Shown here: in pieces, positions 62,568 to 64,000 of the stretch | Position numbering within the stretch: the first letter of the stretch is position 1 | Layout: the number at the start of each line of letters is the position of its first letter | Source: Takakia lepidozioides | Lineage: Eukaryota; Plantae; Bryophyta | Length of the DNA: 64,000 bases | NCBI GenBank assembly: GCA_030704615.1 | Contig: CM060734.1 | Location: 3,162,001 to 3,226,000 of the forward strand | Reading direction: 5' to 3' | Notes under the pieces: generated by a model | What the model saw: only the letters and a program-made list of their open reading frames with translations | What the model was told of the DNA's origin: nothing | The model's database searches: none | Position numbers and translations under genes: made by a program

Positions 62568-64000
62568 CTATGGCGAGGATCCGCGATCACTGTCCGATGC
62601 ATCCCCGGCCTCATGCAATGATGGCTGCCTTCCACCTGCCTCCGAACCTGCACTGCCGCTACCGCTGTTACTCTGAGAAGCCCTCCCCTCAAAAATACCA
62701 TCCTCACCAGCCGAAACTGTCCACCTGGGTGCGGAACTGTCCTCATCATCCCCCTCGCTCTCGGACGCGGATTCTATGACGAACTTGCCTACTCTGCCTT
62801 TCACAATTCTATGTTTGGCCTCACGCCTCATTATAATTCTGTGCTCATTCCCGAATATCAATTGCTCAAACCGAGTAGGCCTATCCTCCCTCATGATGGC
62901 TTCTCTGGCAGCCGTGTCTGCATAGGCTGGAAGAAAAAGGGCTTCTGGGGACTCGCGAGAAACGATTTTCTGGCAAATAATGGCCAATGCGATTCTGTCT
63001 CCTCCTCTGCAACAGGGTCCGATTCGGGCAAGTCTCCCAGCATTTCCTCGTCGGACGACTCTGCAAGGCTGAGTGTACGCACAAACATAGAATGAAGCAC
63101 ATTAGAGCATTCAAACAGGGAATCATCGGCAGGTTGCATGGTCCCCACAACCGAAACCAATACACTTACTATGGTGCGACTCACTCGAAGACAAGCATTG
63201 GAGGAAGCGGCTTCAGGCGCCCCTGCATCGTATGAATTTCCTGGACTTCCTCCTCTTCCTCTTCCTCCTCCCCTTCCAAGTCCTCTTCTGCGTTTTTGGG
63301 ATCCTCAGTCGGAGACAGACGCTGTAGGCCCGCCAAATTGAAATCGTACAAGGCCGTATCCCCCTCAAATGAGAACACAAATCGGTTGGACATCCTTCCC
63401 GCCCACATACAGGCACCTGCAAATTCATACGACACAAGCACAGCCAAACTCAAGAATGAGTCGCTTCCTCGCACAAGCAAACATACACAATCGGAAATGG
63501 TGTCAATTTCGGTGCCGCAATCACTTAACGCTCTCACCTGTATTTGCAGTGACGTCGAGGACCCTGCCTTCAACATCCATACACGTTTTCATGAGCGTCT
63601 GGATGATGCTGGACTCCTGGTCCTGCCATACCTCACGGCTGGCCCGACAAATCACACAAAGCATGTCTTCTCTCCCCACATGGTTGAAGAGGACGTTATA
63701 CTCCAGTGGATCAACTGTGGAATCACAAGTCTTCCTGCTTGACGTAATTTGAATTCGAATGATCCTTCATGAAGCAGAATGCCTGAAAGATAAGAGTCTG
63801 CAAAGAAGGAAATGAAAACGTCAGAGGTGGCCCTACATGTACTGGGCAATTTCGGCGAGAAAGAAATTGGCATAGGAGAAACCACAACATACCCTTCTGG
63901 CCATCGTTTAGAAAGACTGGTGTTGAGCAAGTCAGATCGTTTTCAGGATGGGTGCCGCACTTCTCCCCGTCCATACTTGACTATCATTCTCAGTGACTTC
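62568..64000 (-). pseudogene. 3' part of the ParB/amino-MTase-like gene (diverged copy, runs off the window)
   Basis: DPLEYNVLFN, RTRSPA..QTLMKTCMDVEGRVLDV, GACMWAGRMSNRFVFSFEGD, RWTVSAGEDGIFE. Intron positions match 10418-11085. Confidence 0.8.

Overview
Eukaryotic, transposon-saturated DNA with no host housekeeping gene, rRNA, tRNA or CRISPR. The element types suggest an early-diverging land plant or streptophyte alga (inference only). The window is a nested, partly inverted mosaic of five element groups. (1) Ogre/Tat-like non-chromovirus Ty3/Gypsy elements with extra 5' and 3' ORFs. (2) Two copies, plus fragments, of a Ty3/Gypsy family whose pol carries a C5-cytosine DNA methyltransferase between protease and RT; the complete copy also has a PHD finger after integrase. 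That copy (30329-41334) has an unusual split-repeat A-internal-B-A-B end structure with a probable 4-bp TSD. (3) A Galadriel-like chromovirus nested in the second copy. (4) A MULE/SWIM transposase gene and CACTA termini. (5) At least four pieces of an apparently unrecognised mobile unit. It encodes an intron-containing ParB/Srx-like plus beta-class amino (N6A/N4C) methyltransferase-like protein, and carries arrays of 22-bp palindromes, a family of ~190-aa orphan ORFs and a conserved terminus (GGGGGCTGCTATTTCATGAGC). Most coding regions are pseudogenised. All domain calls are motif recognition by eye; no search was run.
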